Positions 15,343 to 23,868 of a DNA stretch of 33,095 bases are shown here, piece by piece. The translations under genes and the position numbers were made by a program. Every line of letters starts with the position of its first letter. The first letter of the stretch is position 1. The notes under the pieces are model-generated. The model made no database searches, was not told the DNA's origin, and was given only the letters and a program-made list of their open reading frames with translations. The stretch comes from a virus (Duplodnaviria; Caudoviricetes): the IMG/VR virus record IMGVR_UViG_3300030372_004852, positions 1 to 33,095 of that record. One strand, 5' to 3'.

Positions 15343-15703
15343 TCGTTAAAGCCTTCGACTTAGTGCCGTCGGCGATACCCAAATTTAACCATGAAAACTA
15401 GACAAAACCTAGCAAAACATCTATAACCGACGGTATATAGCACTAAGCTAGCACAAAACAAGGCAAACCAAGATAAGGATTGTGGACGCGTAGAGAAATA
15501 AGGAACGCGAAACGCGAACTCAACGAAAATCGTCAGAGCCGAACGCGCGCGAAGGGGGGTGTCCATACGTAAAGCACAGCCCATCCATTTTTTGCACAGT
15601 TTTTTAGTATGCACACTTAATGAACACTCAGTGAACATTAAATACACACATTCTTAAATCGTGGTAAATCTTATTATTATTATACTTATATATTGTATAC
15701 TAT

Positions 15704-15802
15704 ACTATAGCCCCGCTATAGTTTCGCTATAGCGACGCTATAGCCATAGGCTATGCGTTGGCTATTAGCCATTGATAGCCTTTCTTTGAAATAGAAATAG
15801 AA
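15704..15802. repeat. Iteron-like cluster B flanked by AT-rich DNA (candidate origin)
   Basis: ACTATAGC 15704, GCTATAGT 15715, GCTATAGC 15726 and 15737 (11-bp period), further degenerate copies, then GAAATAGAAATAGAA 15788-15802. Confidence 0.7.
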
Positions 15803-15822
15803 TAAGAATATATTATATAAAT

Positions 15823-15889
15823 AACCTTAAGTAAAAAAAACTAAAAAACCTTAGGTTAAATAAACCTTAGGTTAGGTAAACCTTAGGTT
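15823..15889. repeat. AACCTTAGGTT repeats at 16-bp period
   Basis: Exact copies at 15847, 15863 and 15879; variant AACCTTAAGT at 15823. Confidence 0.8.
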
Positions 15890-15916
15890 GCGAACTCAAC
15901 CTTTTTGTTTTTGATT

Positions 15917-15938
15917 ACTGTAACATAATCGTTATATT
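15917..15938 (+). promoter_or_regulatory. Late-gene upstream motif copy 1
   Basis: ACTGTAACATAATCGTTATATT preceded by TTGATT; related copies at 19173 and 22182. Confidence 0.55.
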
Positions 15939-15984
15939 TTTAGCGGGGTATAAAATTATTTTTTAACAAATTCAGGAGTTTTAA

Positions 15985-16176
15985 ATGCCGTACGAACAAA
16001 AAGACGATACGTTTTCAATATTTAAGAATGAAAAAACAAACGAAAACCAGCCAGACTACACGGGTCAGGGCAAAATTGGCGGGAAAGAAGTCAAAATAGC
16101 AGGTTGGAAGAAAGTGGGTCAGTCAGGAGTTGAATACATTTCATTTAAAGTAGAAGACAAAAACGCGCCGTTCTAA
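15985..16176 (+). CDS. Small DUF736-like / putative ssDNA-binding phage protein
   Basis: FKNEK...QPDYTG...KIAGWKK...YISF, C-terminal APF; CAGGAG RBS. Confidence 0.65.
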   Translation: MPYEQKDDTFSIFKNEKTNENQPDYTGQGKIGGKEVKIAGWKKVGQSGVEYISFKVEDKNAPF

Positions 16177-16185
16177 TAATTTTAA

Positions 16186-16995
16186 ATGCAAGTTGAATGC
16201 AGAGGAAAGAAGTTTGACGTTTACACACCAAAAGAAGCTAAAGAGCTTGGAATTAAAGTTATTAAGGACTGGCGTCAATCCCAAATTGGAGAATGGATAC
16301 AAACTCAAGATAAAAAAGTTATCCAAGTTACTGGCAGGCGCACAGAAAATCATGCCAACATTAAAAAACCGTATATTTTTATTCGTACTGGATATGGCGA
16401 GTGTGGTGTCCACAAAAAACATGTCTATGCTCAAGAGCAACCTGATTACTACCGCGATAAATATTATTTCGGTAAAGATTTAGTTAAAAATGTACGCCCA
16501 ACCGCAAAACAAAGAACATTTGTAGATGCTTTATTTTTACATGGAAAAACAGATAAAATGGGCATGTGGGATGCTGAATCTATTATTCTTGCCTACCAAA
16601 CTATTTATAAAGACAACAACCCAGAGCAAGCCTTACGGCGCGGAATGGGAATCCTCAAAAGAAAGCATATAAGGGAGTATATAGCCTTGAATATGAGAGA
16701 TAAGTTAAGCGCAATGGGGTTGGATGACGACTATGTTGCTAGTAAATACAGAGATATGATAGAAAATGCGGAGATTCCCGCTGCAACAAAATTAAATGCT
16801 CTCAATAGAGTTAGTGATATGCTTGGTCACTTAACTAAAGAGAAAAAAGAAGAACAAATTGAAGGTGTATTCGCATTATCTGATGGCGACATTAAAAAAT
16901 TATCATCTGTACGAAAAACCATTGCAGAAACAACGTATGGCGCGCAAAACAGTAGAAACGAAGAATTACACACATCATCCACAGTCAAAAAGTGA
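16186..16995 (+). CDS. terS: Terminase small subunit (with extra N-terminal domain)
   Basis: TAKQRTFVDAL...AYQTIY...ILKRKHIREYI...KLNALNRVSDMLG pattern; upstream of terL. Confidence 0.65.
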   Translation: MQVECRGKKFDVYTPKEAKELGIKVIKDWRQSQIGEWIQTQDKKVIQVTGRRTENHANIKKPYIFIRTGYGECGVHKKHVYAQEQPDYYRDKYYFGKDLVKNVRPTAKQRTFVDALFLHGKTDKMGMWDAESIILAYQTIYKDNNPEQALRRGMGILKRKHIREYIALNMRDKLSAMGLDDDYVASKYRDMIENAEIPAATKLNALNRVSDMLGHLTKEKKEEQIEGVFALSDGDIKKLSSVRKTIAETTYGAQNSRNEELHTSSTVKK

Positions 16996-17161
16996 CCAAA
17001 TTGACGTTTCACAACCTGGATTAGTTCATATTGATGACGAACCTTATTTTGTAGATGGTGTAGTAGCTAAATTTATCTTAGAATTGATAGATGAGGTAGA
17101 TGCCTACAAAAAACAAATAGAAAATATAGAAAAATTCACAGGTGATTTCGGTGAAAGCTGA
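16937..17161 (+). CDS. Hypothetical protein (74 aa)
   Basis: MARKTVETK...; bridges terS and terL; start moved to ATG 16937. Confidence 0.55.
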   Translation: MARKTVETKNYTHHPQSKSDQIDVSQPGLVHIDDEPYFVDGVVAKFILELIDEVDAYKKQIENIEKFTGDFGES

Positions 17162-18788
17162 CAAAAAGCAAAAAATGCTAGAAGCCATGTATTTGGACAT
17201 TTTTACATTTGCTGAAGTCCTTTTTGGTGACCCTGATAATTCTATGCACTTTCATTGTCGCTCCAAATCGCCCGAATTTCACCGCGAAATAGCCAAAACC
17301 TTAATAGATATGGAAGCAGGCAATAAACTAGCCGTAGTGGCGCCAAGAGACCACGCAAAATCAACATTTATTAACCTGATATACCCACTTCATCGCATAT
17401 TATTTGGTGAAGAGCGTTTTTTACTGCTTATTTCCGAATCTGAAATGCAGTCTAAGTATAATTTAGAAGCAATCGGCAACGAAATTGAGTTTAATCCTAA
17501 AATTAAATATTTTTTTGGCGATAGAAAGGGCGCCGTGTGGGGAAAAGAAGAAAAAGAGGTAATTGGCGGGTTTGATGAGTACGGGAAACCCAATGTTATG
17601 TGTAAATGCCTTATTCGTGGTACAGGACAGAAGGTTCGTGGACTAAAGTATGGAGCATATCGTCCAACTTTAACAATAATTGACGATGGGGAAGGCGAAT
17701 CAAACAGCACTACCCCTACAGCAAGGGATAAATTCAGAAGATGGTTAAACGCAGCGGTTATTCCTGGTTCTGGAGACGCAAAACTTGTATTTATAGGTAC
17801 AATCGTAGATACAGACGCATATTTAAATAGAATTGCGGGACCACTAGCGTATGATAAAGAAGGAAATTATAAAGTCAAGGGTTGGAGGTCGTTATTTTTT
17901 CAGGCTGTGCCTCAAGATTTGCCAAAAGGAAAATTTGGAACTTCTGGCAACGAGTTTACAGACAAAAAAGGCAATGTAAAGGTTTTGTGGGAAGATAGGC
18001 GTCCCTATTCGTGGTTAATGGCGGAAAAAGAACGCTTAAAATCAGAAGGTGACATTGCATATTTTTATCAAGAGTACCAAAATATACCCGTTGATGACAG
18101 TTTTCGTATATTTAAACAAAAAGATATGCGATATTGGGAAGGTAGGTATATGTATGAGGATAAACAAAGCTTTATCATGCGTACCGATGAAGGCAGAAGA
18201 GTAAAATTACCTGTAAATATGTTTATAGGCGTTGACCCAGCATCAAGTGAAAATGTAAAAGCAGATTATACGGTTATTATGGTAATAGCGGTAGACAAAG
18301 AGTACAATATTTACGTTCTTGACTACTTTCGAGGGCAAGTCGCACCGATGGATGGAGCTGATAAATTATTTGAGCTAGCGGACATGTATCATCCAAGAGA
18401 TATTAAGATTGAAGAAACTGGACATGTGATGCTAGCTGATTATGTACGCAGACATTCAAAAGAAACAGGAAGATTTTATAATATTAATACTAGAAAGGCG
18501 ATTAAGGCAAAATACTACCGTATTAAACAAATGCAACCTCATTTTGCGTCGCATTCTGTATTTTTAAAAGAATCCCATGAGGAATTGGAAACTGAGCTTT
18601 TAAATTTTAAGGAACATGGTACATTTAAAAAAGATACTCTAGATGCACTTCGTTGGGCAATAGATGATATATGGGCGCCTGACGTAGAGCAAAACGAAAA
18701 AGGAGAGTGGTTGCCACCGCCACCTATTACAGAGGTAGATTGGGAAACAGGTCAAATGTTTAGCGCTGCGGATTTCGTTGAAGCTTAA
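17142..18788 (+). CDS. terL: Terminase large subunit
   Basis: Walker A variant APRDHAKST, RGLKYGAYRPTLTIIDDGE, FIGT coupling motif, nuclease IGVDPA and DTLDAL. Confidence 0.92.
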   Translation: MISVKADKKQKMLEAMYLDIFTFAEVLFGDPDNSMHFHCRSKSPEFHREIAKTLIDMEAGNKLAVVAPRDHAKSTFINLIYPLHRILFGEERFLLLISESEMQSKYNLEAIGNEIEFNPKIKYFFGDRKGAVWGKEEKEVIGGFDEYGKPNVMCKCLIRGTGQKVRGLKYGAYRPTLTIIDDGEGESNSTTPTARDKFRRWLNAAVIPGSGDAKLVFIGTIVDTDAYLNRIAGPLAYDKEGNYKVKGWRSLFFQAVPQDLPKGKFGTSGNEFTDKKGNVKVLWEDRRPYSWLMAEKERLKSEGDIAYFYQEYQNIPVDDSFRIFKQKDMRYWEGRYMYEDKQSFIMRTDEGRRVKLPVNMFIGVDPASSENVKADYTVIMVIAVDKEYNIYVLDYFRGQVAPMDGADKLFELADMYHPRDIKIEETGHVMLADYVRRHSKETGRFYNINTRKAIKAKYYRIKQMQPHFASHSVFLKESHEELETELLNFKEHGTFKKDTLDALRWAIDDIWAPDVEQNEKGEWLPPPPITEVDWETGQMFSAADFVEA

Positions 18789-19168
18789 TGGGAAATTTCG
18801 ACATTGATTTAAACTTCGGTCAAATATACGAAGAAAAAATAAAAGAGCTTTTTGAAGGCGAAGGAAGTATCGAAGTAAAAACCGAACGCGATATTTGGGC
18901 TGATACAGGAAATATCGCTATTGAAATTCGTTCCAGAGGAAAACCTTCTGGTCTTTCTATTACAGAAGCAAAGTGGTGGATTCAGGTTTTTACAGTAGAC
19001 AAAGATGTTAAATTTATGTTAATGTTTCGCGTTGATAAGTTACGAAAAGCCGTTAAGTACCTATATATCAATGAGTTAGCGCCAAAAATAAATGGCGGTG
19101 ATGACAATACTTCTGAATTAATCCTGGTCCCAATTTCAACTTTACTTTTGTTAAACAAAAAATTTTGA
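18788..19168 (+). CDS. PD-(D/E)xK nuclease-like phage protein
   Basis: FDIDLNFGQIYE...IEVKTERDIWADTGNIAIE...PSGLSITEAKWW. Confidence 0.65.
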   Translation: MGNFDIDLNFGQIYEEKIKELFEGEGSIEVKTERDIWADTGNIAIEIRSRGKPSGLSITEAKWWIQVFTVDKDVKFMLMFRVDKLRKAVKYLYINELAPKINGGDDNTSELILVPISTLLLLNKKF

Positions 19169-19172
19169 ATTT

Positions 19173-19194
19173 ACTGTAACATTTTTGTAACATT
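19173..19194 (+). promoter_or_regulatory. Late-gene upstream motif copy 2 (before portal)
   Basis: ACTGTAACATTTTTGTAACATT; TTGAAT-17 bp-TAACAT spacing. Confidence 0.55.
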
Positions 19195-19206
19195 TACCCA
19201 CAACAT

Positions 19207-21213
19207 ATGTTAAACTTACGTCAGCTTGAAACTAAAAAAATTTCGGCAGAAGAAGTTAGGGCAGATTACTTGCTTTTTGAAAGCTCTTCTGATGAATACC
19301 GATACCAAATGGCAGAAGACCATGAATTTTATTTAGGGTCACAGCTTACCAAGAGTCAAAAGAATTACTTGCTCAGTGTGGGTCAACCCCCCGAAGCTAA
19401 CAATAAAATACGTCCCGCCGTCGAGCAGGTTTTGGCGAATATCGCTGCATCTGCTCCTGAATGGGATGTTCACTCTGTGGGCAAAACCGATAATGATGCA
19501 GCGTTCGTCTTTGACCAATTACTTGATAAAATATGGTACGATTCTGATGCAGATGTCCATTTTCGTCAAGCATGTAAGGATTTCATTGTTAAAGGATTGG
19601 CTTATATGTATATCTACCCTGATTGGCAGGGAGATGGTGGTTTAGGAACTATTAAAGTAAAACGTATGCCACCTGAGTCTATTTTTGTAGACCCAAATAG
19701 TTCAATGCCTGATTTTAGCGATGCTAGCTCAATTATCTACTCCGACCTTCATACCAAAGAGCATTTAAAAGTATTGTTTCCTCAATACGCTAAACAAATT
19801 GATGATGCGGAAGAAAATCATCAAAGAAACGAGCAGGAATCTGGAAAGTATTCACGAGACAATATTGAAACCAGAGGAAGTAACGATTTAGACCATCAAT
19901 CTAGAGTAAGGAAATATTGTTATTTCAAAAAAGTAAATATTCCTCATTCCTTAATTCTGGATACAAATACAGGAAAAAACCAATTATACAATCAAGAAGA
20001 ATATAAAGAATTAATAAAAGACGATAAATACGAAGATTTTTTGCAAGAAGGAATTATTACAGAGCAATTAGCATATCAAACAAGAATTAGAGAAGTGTTT
20101 GTTGTTGGTGACACAGTTCTTTACGATGAGATACTTCCAATCTCTGAGTATCCTATCGCAGTAGCCTGTAATGAGCATGCTGGCAATCCGTTTCCTAGTG
20201 GCGATGTAAGGCACGCCAAAACCCCTCAACGCATGCTCAACAGGACTGAAGCGTTAATTATTTCGCATACCAATGCTACAACAAACTTTAAACTTCTTTA
20301 CGAAGACGGCGCTATTGATGCTAGTGAAATACAAAAATGGCATATACCAAATGCAATTATTCGAGCAAATCCTGGCGCATTGGCAACAGGAAAAATAAAA
20401 GAATTTGCGCCCCCTGCTGTATCTTCTCAGTTATATACTGAAAAATCAAGATATGAAGTAGATATTGAAACTGTATTTGGTGCATACAAATTTTTACAAG
20501 GAAACGCTCAAGGCGCTCCTGGTACTGTAGGAGAAGCTCAAATTATGGATGAGTCTTCTTCTAGAAAGCAAAATTGGAAAATTTTACCTATTTACGATAT
20601 GCTGACTAAAACAGCTAAAGTCGTAACACAGTGGATGCCAAGCGTATATGACCAACAACGAACATTGCGGATTGTAAGTCCAGTTGGAGATGAAAGTGAA
20701 TTAACATTAAATATTCCTGTTATTGACGATAAAACAAATGCAGTTAAAAAACTATACGACATGACAACATCACAATTTGATGTTCGAGTAGTAGTCGGTT
20801 CTACTCGTTCTAAATCTCCAATGGCAGAATTACAAAAAGATTTAACTCTTCTGAATGCAGGTATTTATGATAAAACGCAAGTTATTATGAATATGAAAGG
20901 CGATATAGATAAAGCGTCATTAATGCAACGTATGGGAGAAATAGCAAATTTACAAGCGCAGTTACAACAAGCGCAGGAAGAACTCAAGAAAATGCAAGGT
21001 GACTTGCAAACTCGTGAGAGGGAAGTGTTCCATGCCAATATGAGGGCTGAAATTAGTGAAGCTACCAAACCAGTTTCTGAAGCGGTAAGCAACATTAAGT
21101 CTAATGCAAAGTTGGAACAAGCACGACAAAGAGACAAGACTCGCATGGTCGGTGAAGAATTGTCTGTCGTAAAACAAGCGATTAACTCAGAATCCAAAGC
21201 TCCGCAAGCATAG
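19207..21213 (+). CDS. Portal protein (P22-like, long C-terminal coiled coil)
   Basis: EDHEFYLGSQ...NNKIRPAV...IFVDPNS...DFSDAS...PQRMLN; follows terL; Q-rich C-terminal helix. Confidence 0.85.
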   Translation: MLNLRQLETKKISAEEVRADYLLFESSSDEYRYQMAEDHEFYLGSQLTKSQKNYLLSVGQPPEANNKIRPAVEQVLANIAASAPEWDVHSVGKTDNDAAFVFDQLLDKIWYDSDADVHFRQACKDFIVKGLAYMYIYPDWQGDGGLGTIKVKRMPPESIFVDPNSSMPDFSDASSIIYSDLHTKEHLKVLFPQYAKQIDDAEENHQRNEQESGKYSRDNIETRGSNDLDHQSRVRKYCYFKKVNIPHSLILDTNTGKNQLYNQEEYKELIKDDKYEDFLQEGIITEQLAYQTRIREVFVVGDTVLYDEILPISEYPIAVACNEHAGNPFPSGDVRHAKTPQRMLNRTEALIISHTNATTNFKLLYEDGAIDASEIQKWHIPNAIIRANPGALATGKIKEFAPPAVSSQLYTEKSRYEVDIETVFGAYKFLQGNAQGAPGTVGEAQIMDESSSRKQNWKILPIYDMLTKTAKVVTQWMPSVYDQQRTLRIVSPVGDESELTLNIPVIDDKTNAVKKLYDMTTSQFDVRVVVGSTRSKSPMAELQKDLTLLNAGIYDKTQVIMNMKGDIDKASLMQRMGEIANLQAQLQQAQEELKKMQGDLQTREREVFHANMRAEISEATKPVSEAVSNIKSNAKLEQARQRDKTRMVGEELSVVKQAINSESKAPQA

Positions 21214-21238
21214 CGGATAACTTTAAAGGAGCATCGTA

Positions 21239-22156
21239 ATGACAAATGAAGACCAGAAAAACCAGAATGAGACAATGAGCGAAGATAACCTTCTTGCTGA
21301 ACTCGATGAGTTTAACACAGGCTCTTCACCTGAAGCTGAACAAGAACAGCAAGTGGAAACACAAGAAGCTGTCGAACAGCCAACAGAAGCTCAAGAGACT
21401 CAATCTGATGAGAAAGTTGATAAAGTAGAACCAGAGCAAAATGAATCAGAGATTGAGCAATGGTTAATCGAGAACAAATTCAAGAATGATGAGGAAGGAA
21501 AACAAAAGCTGGCAGAGGCTTACAAGCAACTCCAATCCAAAACAGATAAGGAAAGAAATGAATGGAGTAATCAAAAAGAAAAGTTTGATAAGCTAGCTCA
21601 GTTAGATGATTTTCTTGCCAACAATCCTGATGTTGTAAAAAACCTTACAGATTCTGTACAGGAAAAACAAAAGGATATGAATGCACCGCCTGTTAAGCCT
21701 GAAGATTATGATATTCTCGATGAAAGCATTGATAACTCTAGCTCCGCTAAATGGAGAGCAGAACAAGACCAATGGCTAATACGTCAAGGTGCTGCTCAAG
21801 CCATGATGGAGGTGGAAAAGTTAAAGTCTGAACTCACAGAGTCTCAGGCATTTGACGAAGAAACCATACAGCTACAGAAAATGGGGTTAAGCGATACAGA
21901 TGTTGTTGAATACAGACAATTTATGGCTGACCCAAATAATGTATCTCAGGAGAACCTAGTTCAAATTTGGAAAACTTTATCAAACAAAGGGAATAGTCCT
22001 GAACCAAAATCAAATGAGCAAGCTCCTAAGGTAAAAAATAAACAGAATAGCGCAGCCTCTGTTAGCGGGAATGCGCCTCAAGCTATTGAACCAGAAGAAA
22101 AAGCTGTAGACGATTTTTGGAAAGGGATTATGCAATTTAATAATACTAATACATAG
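21239..22156 (+). CDS. Capsid scaffolding protein
   Basis: Acidic and coiled-coil (KLAEAYKQLQSK); lies between portal and capsid. Confidence 0.7.
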   Translation: MTNEDQKNQNETMSEDNLLAELDEFNTGSSPEAEQEQQVETQEAVEQPTEAQETQSDEKVDKVEPEQNESEIEQWLIENKFKNDEEGKQKLAEAYKQLQSKTDKERNEWSNQKEKFDKLAQLDDFLANNPDVVKNLTDSVQEKQKDMNAPPVKPEDYDILDESIDNSSSAKWRAEQDQWLIRQGAAQAMMEVEKLKSELTESQAFDEETIQLQKMGLSDTDVVEYRQFMADPNNVSQENLVQIWKTLSNKGNSPEPKSNEQAPKVKNKQNSAASVSGNAPQAIEPEEKAVDDFWKGIMQFNNTNT

Positions 22157-22181
22157 TGTTATAGTCTCTTTTTTTAAGTGG

Positions 22182-22203
22182 ACTGTAGCATTATCGTAAC
22201 ATA
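22182..22203 (+). promoter_or_regulatory. Late-gene upstream motif copy 3 (before major capsid)
   Basis: ACTGTAGCATTATCGTAACATA then AGGAGG RBS; its 5' half is also the 3' arm of a G-U-containing hairpin (about 22154-22193). Confidence 0.45.
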
Positions 22204-22219
22204 AATAGGAGGTAGCATA

Positions 22220-23680
22220 ATGGCTACAAATTATGGTACGGGTACAGCTCTTCAGTTTTCAGATGCGTCTCAAAGACAAGTTCTTGAATTGGGAGAAAAA
22301 ATCCACTACTACAATCCAAATGTTACTCCCATTTTCTCATTTTTTGGAATGAAGTCAAGCGTGACTCCAGTCCCTATATTTGAGTGGATGGAAGATGAGT
22401 ACATGATTAAAAAATCCGTTAAAAAAGCAATGGTTACAGCAACTGCTGGAGATATTGCAGCAACTGCCGATGTTGGTGACACAACGACTGGTGGAATTAA
22501 TGGTCACAATACAATTGTTAGGTTTGATAAACAAGCTGATTTAGAGCTTTTTGAAGTTGGAGGCATTTACACGCTTGGAACTTCTGGGCATGCAACAAAT
22601 CAAGGTAACGTAACTCATGTTATTGCAGTTGCAATTGGAAAATCTGTTAACAGTGCAAATGCTACAGACAGGATGGTTCAATTTATTGGCTGTCATGTTA
22701 AATCTGGCGACTCTACTGTTTATCAAGTTGAACAATGTGATGATGGAAGTGACCTTTTTGGGGTTCACGCAAGCGAAGTTATGACTTTAACACACTTTGG
22801 AACCGCTGGGCAATATGATGGTGGCGCTTACAAAGGTTCTAATGGTCTTTGGCAAGCTGAAGCGCTTTTTGTTGATGACAAGGAGTTTAAGTTAGAAGGT
22901 GGCTCTGGTGTGTATGCTGAAGGTGCTGCGGTTGGTGCTGAAACTAGTAAAAAAGTTCGTAGGTTGAAAAATTGTACGCAAATTTTTCGCGAACCTTACA
23001 CTATTACTGGTACAGCAAAAGCGTCTAAACATTACGGTGGTTCAGAAATGTCTCGTTTGCAAGCTAGAAAGCTAGCAAAAATCAAAGCAGATATTGAATG
23101 GGCTATTCTTACTAATGGCGCTATTTCTCTTGATGCTAGTTCAGAAAACCCAAAAAGAACATTTCAAGGTCTAGGTCTTGGAAGTTCAAATGGTTCCATT
23201 GTTTCTTTGAATGGATATGACAACACAAATCTTCAGTTAAATAATTCTTCTGGAGCTTTAAACGATATGGATGGAGTTGTTGAATACGTTTTTTCTGACA
23301 TGGTTTCTGGAAGTATGAGAAAAACAGTGTTTGCATCAAACAAATGGATGGTAAAGCTAGCTTCAATGACAAGAGGTAGTGATACTGGTTTTTACGATAC
23401 TGGTGAAAAAACAAAAAGCGGTCTAAGAGTTCGTTCCTACATGGGACCTGTTGGAGAGCTTGAGTTTGTTCCTCATCCATTTTTAAAAGGTGCATATGAA
23501 GATTATGCAATAGCGGTTGACCCTGCGAATTTTTCAATTCGTCCTTTAGCTGGTCGCGATATGCAACTTCGTAAAGACATTGTTAAGGATGGTCGTGATG
23601 GTCAAACTGATGAATGGCTAATGGAAGCAGGTGTTGAGCTTCGTAATGAGCAAACACACGCTATCTTAAAGCTAGTCTAA
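22220..23680 (+). CDS. Major capsid protein (DUF5309/SU10-like HK97 fold with insertion domain)
   Basis: TPIFS...FEWMED...NCTQIFREPYTITGT...KIKADIEWAIL...GELEFVPHPFL...EAGVELRNEQTHAIL; AGGAGG RBS. Confidence 0.85.
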   Translation: MATNYGTGTALQFSDASQRQVLELGEKIHYYNPNVTPIFSFFGMKSSVTPVPIFEWMEDEYMIKKSVKKAMVTATAGDIAATADVGDTTTGGINGHNTIVRFDKQADLELFEVGGIYTLGTSGHATNQGNVTHVIAVAIGKSVNSANATDRMVQFIGCHVKSGDSTVYQVEQCDDGSDLFGVHASEVMTLTHFGTAGQYDGGAYKGSNGLWQAEALFVDDKEFKLEGGSGVYAEGAAVGAETSKKVRRLKNCTQIFREPYTITGTAKASKHYGGSEMSRLQARKLAKIKADIEWAILTNGAISLDASSENPKRTFQGLGLGSSNGSIVSLNGYDNTNLQLNNSSGALNDMDGVVEYVFSDMVSGSMRKTVFASNKWMVKLASMTRGSDTGFYDTGEKTKSGLRVRSYMGPVGELEFVPHPFLKGAYEDYAIAVDPANFSIRPLAGRDMQLRKDIVKDGRDGQTDEWLMEAGVELRNEQTHAILKLV

Positions 23681-23694
23681 AACCTAATAATCGC

Positions 23695-23736
23695 TTGGGG
23701 GCGGCAGAGAGCAATGTAATCGAGACCGCCCTCAAG
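23695..23736 (+). other. GC-rich stem-loop after capsid gene (no U-tract; stabiliser or attenuator)
   Basis: CTTGGGGGCGG...CCGCCCTCAAG. Confidence 0.5.
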
Positions 23737-23748
23737 ATAGGAAAAATT

Positions 23749-23868
23749 ATGAAAAAAACAACATACGGAACGGGAGCAACGACATTTAGCGATGGTTCGT
23801 CAAGAATGACAACTACGTTAGGAAAGAAAAAATCGCGAGTCCGTAAAAAACGTAAAAAGAAATACTAA
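23749..23868 (+). CDS. 39-aa basic peptide paralogous to the major capsid N-terminus (not in ORF track)
   Basis: MKKTTYGTGATTFSDGSSRMTTTLGKKKSRVRKKRKKKY; TAGGA RBS; TAATG coupling to the next gene. Confidence 0.75.
   Translation: MKKTTYGTGATTFSDGSSRMTTTLGKKKSRVRKKRKKKY

Noticed and set aside
15617-15641. TTAATGAACACTCAGTGAACATTAA as a sixth AGTGAA hairpin facing the late operon
   Set aside because: The loop resembles the consensus but the stem is only 5-6 bp and is not at a stop/RBS junction; left uncalled pending a covariance-model score.
15360-15647. 95-aa minus-strand ORF (and 15146-15349 plus-strand ORF)
   Set aside because: No RBS, atypical composition, and they span promoter and repeat DNA; probably spurious.
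21044-21063. GAAATTAGTGAA inside the portal gene
   Set aside because: Only a 3-bp stem and explained by coding sequence (EISE).
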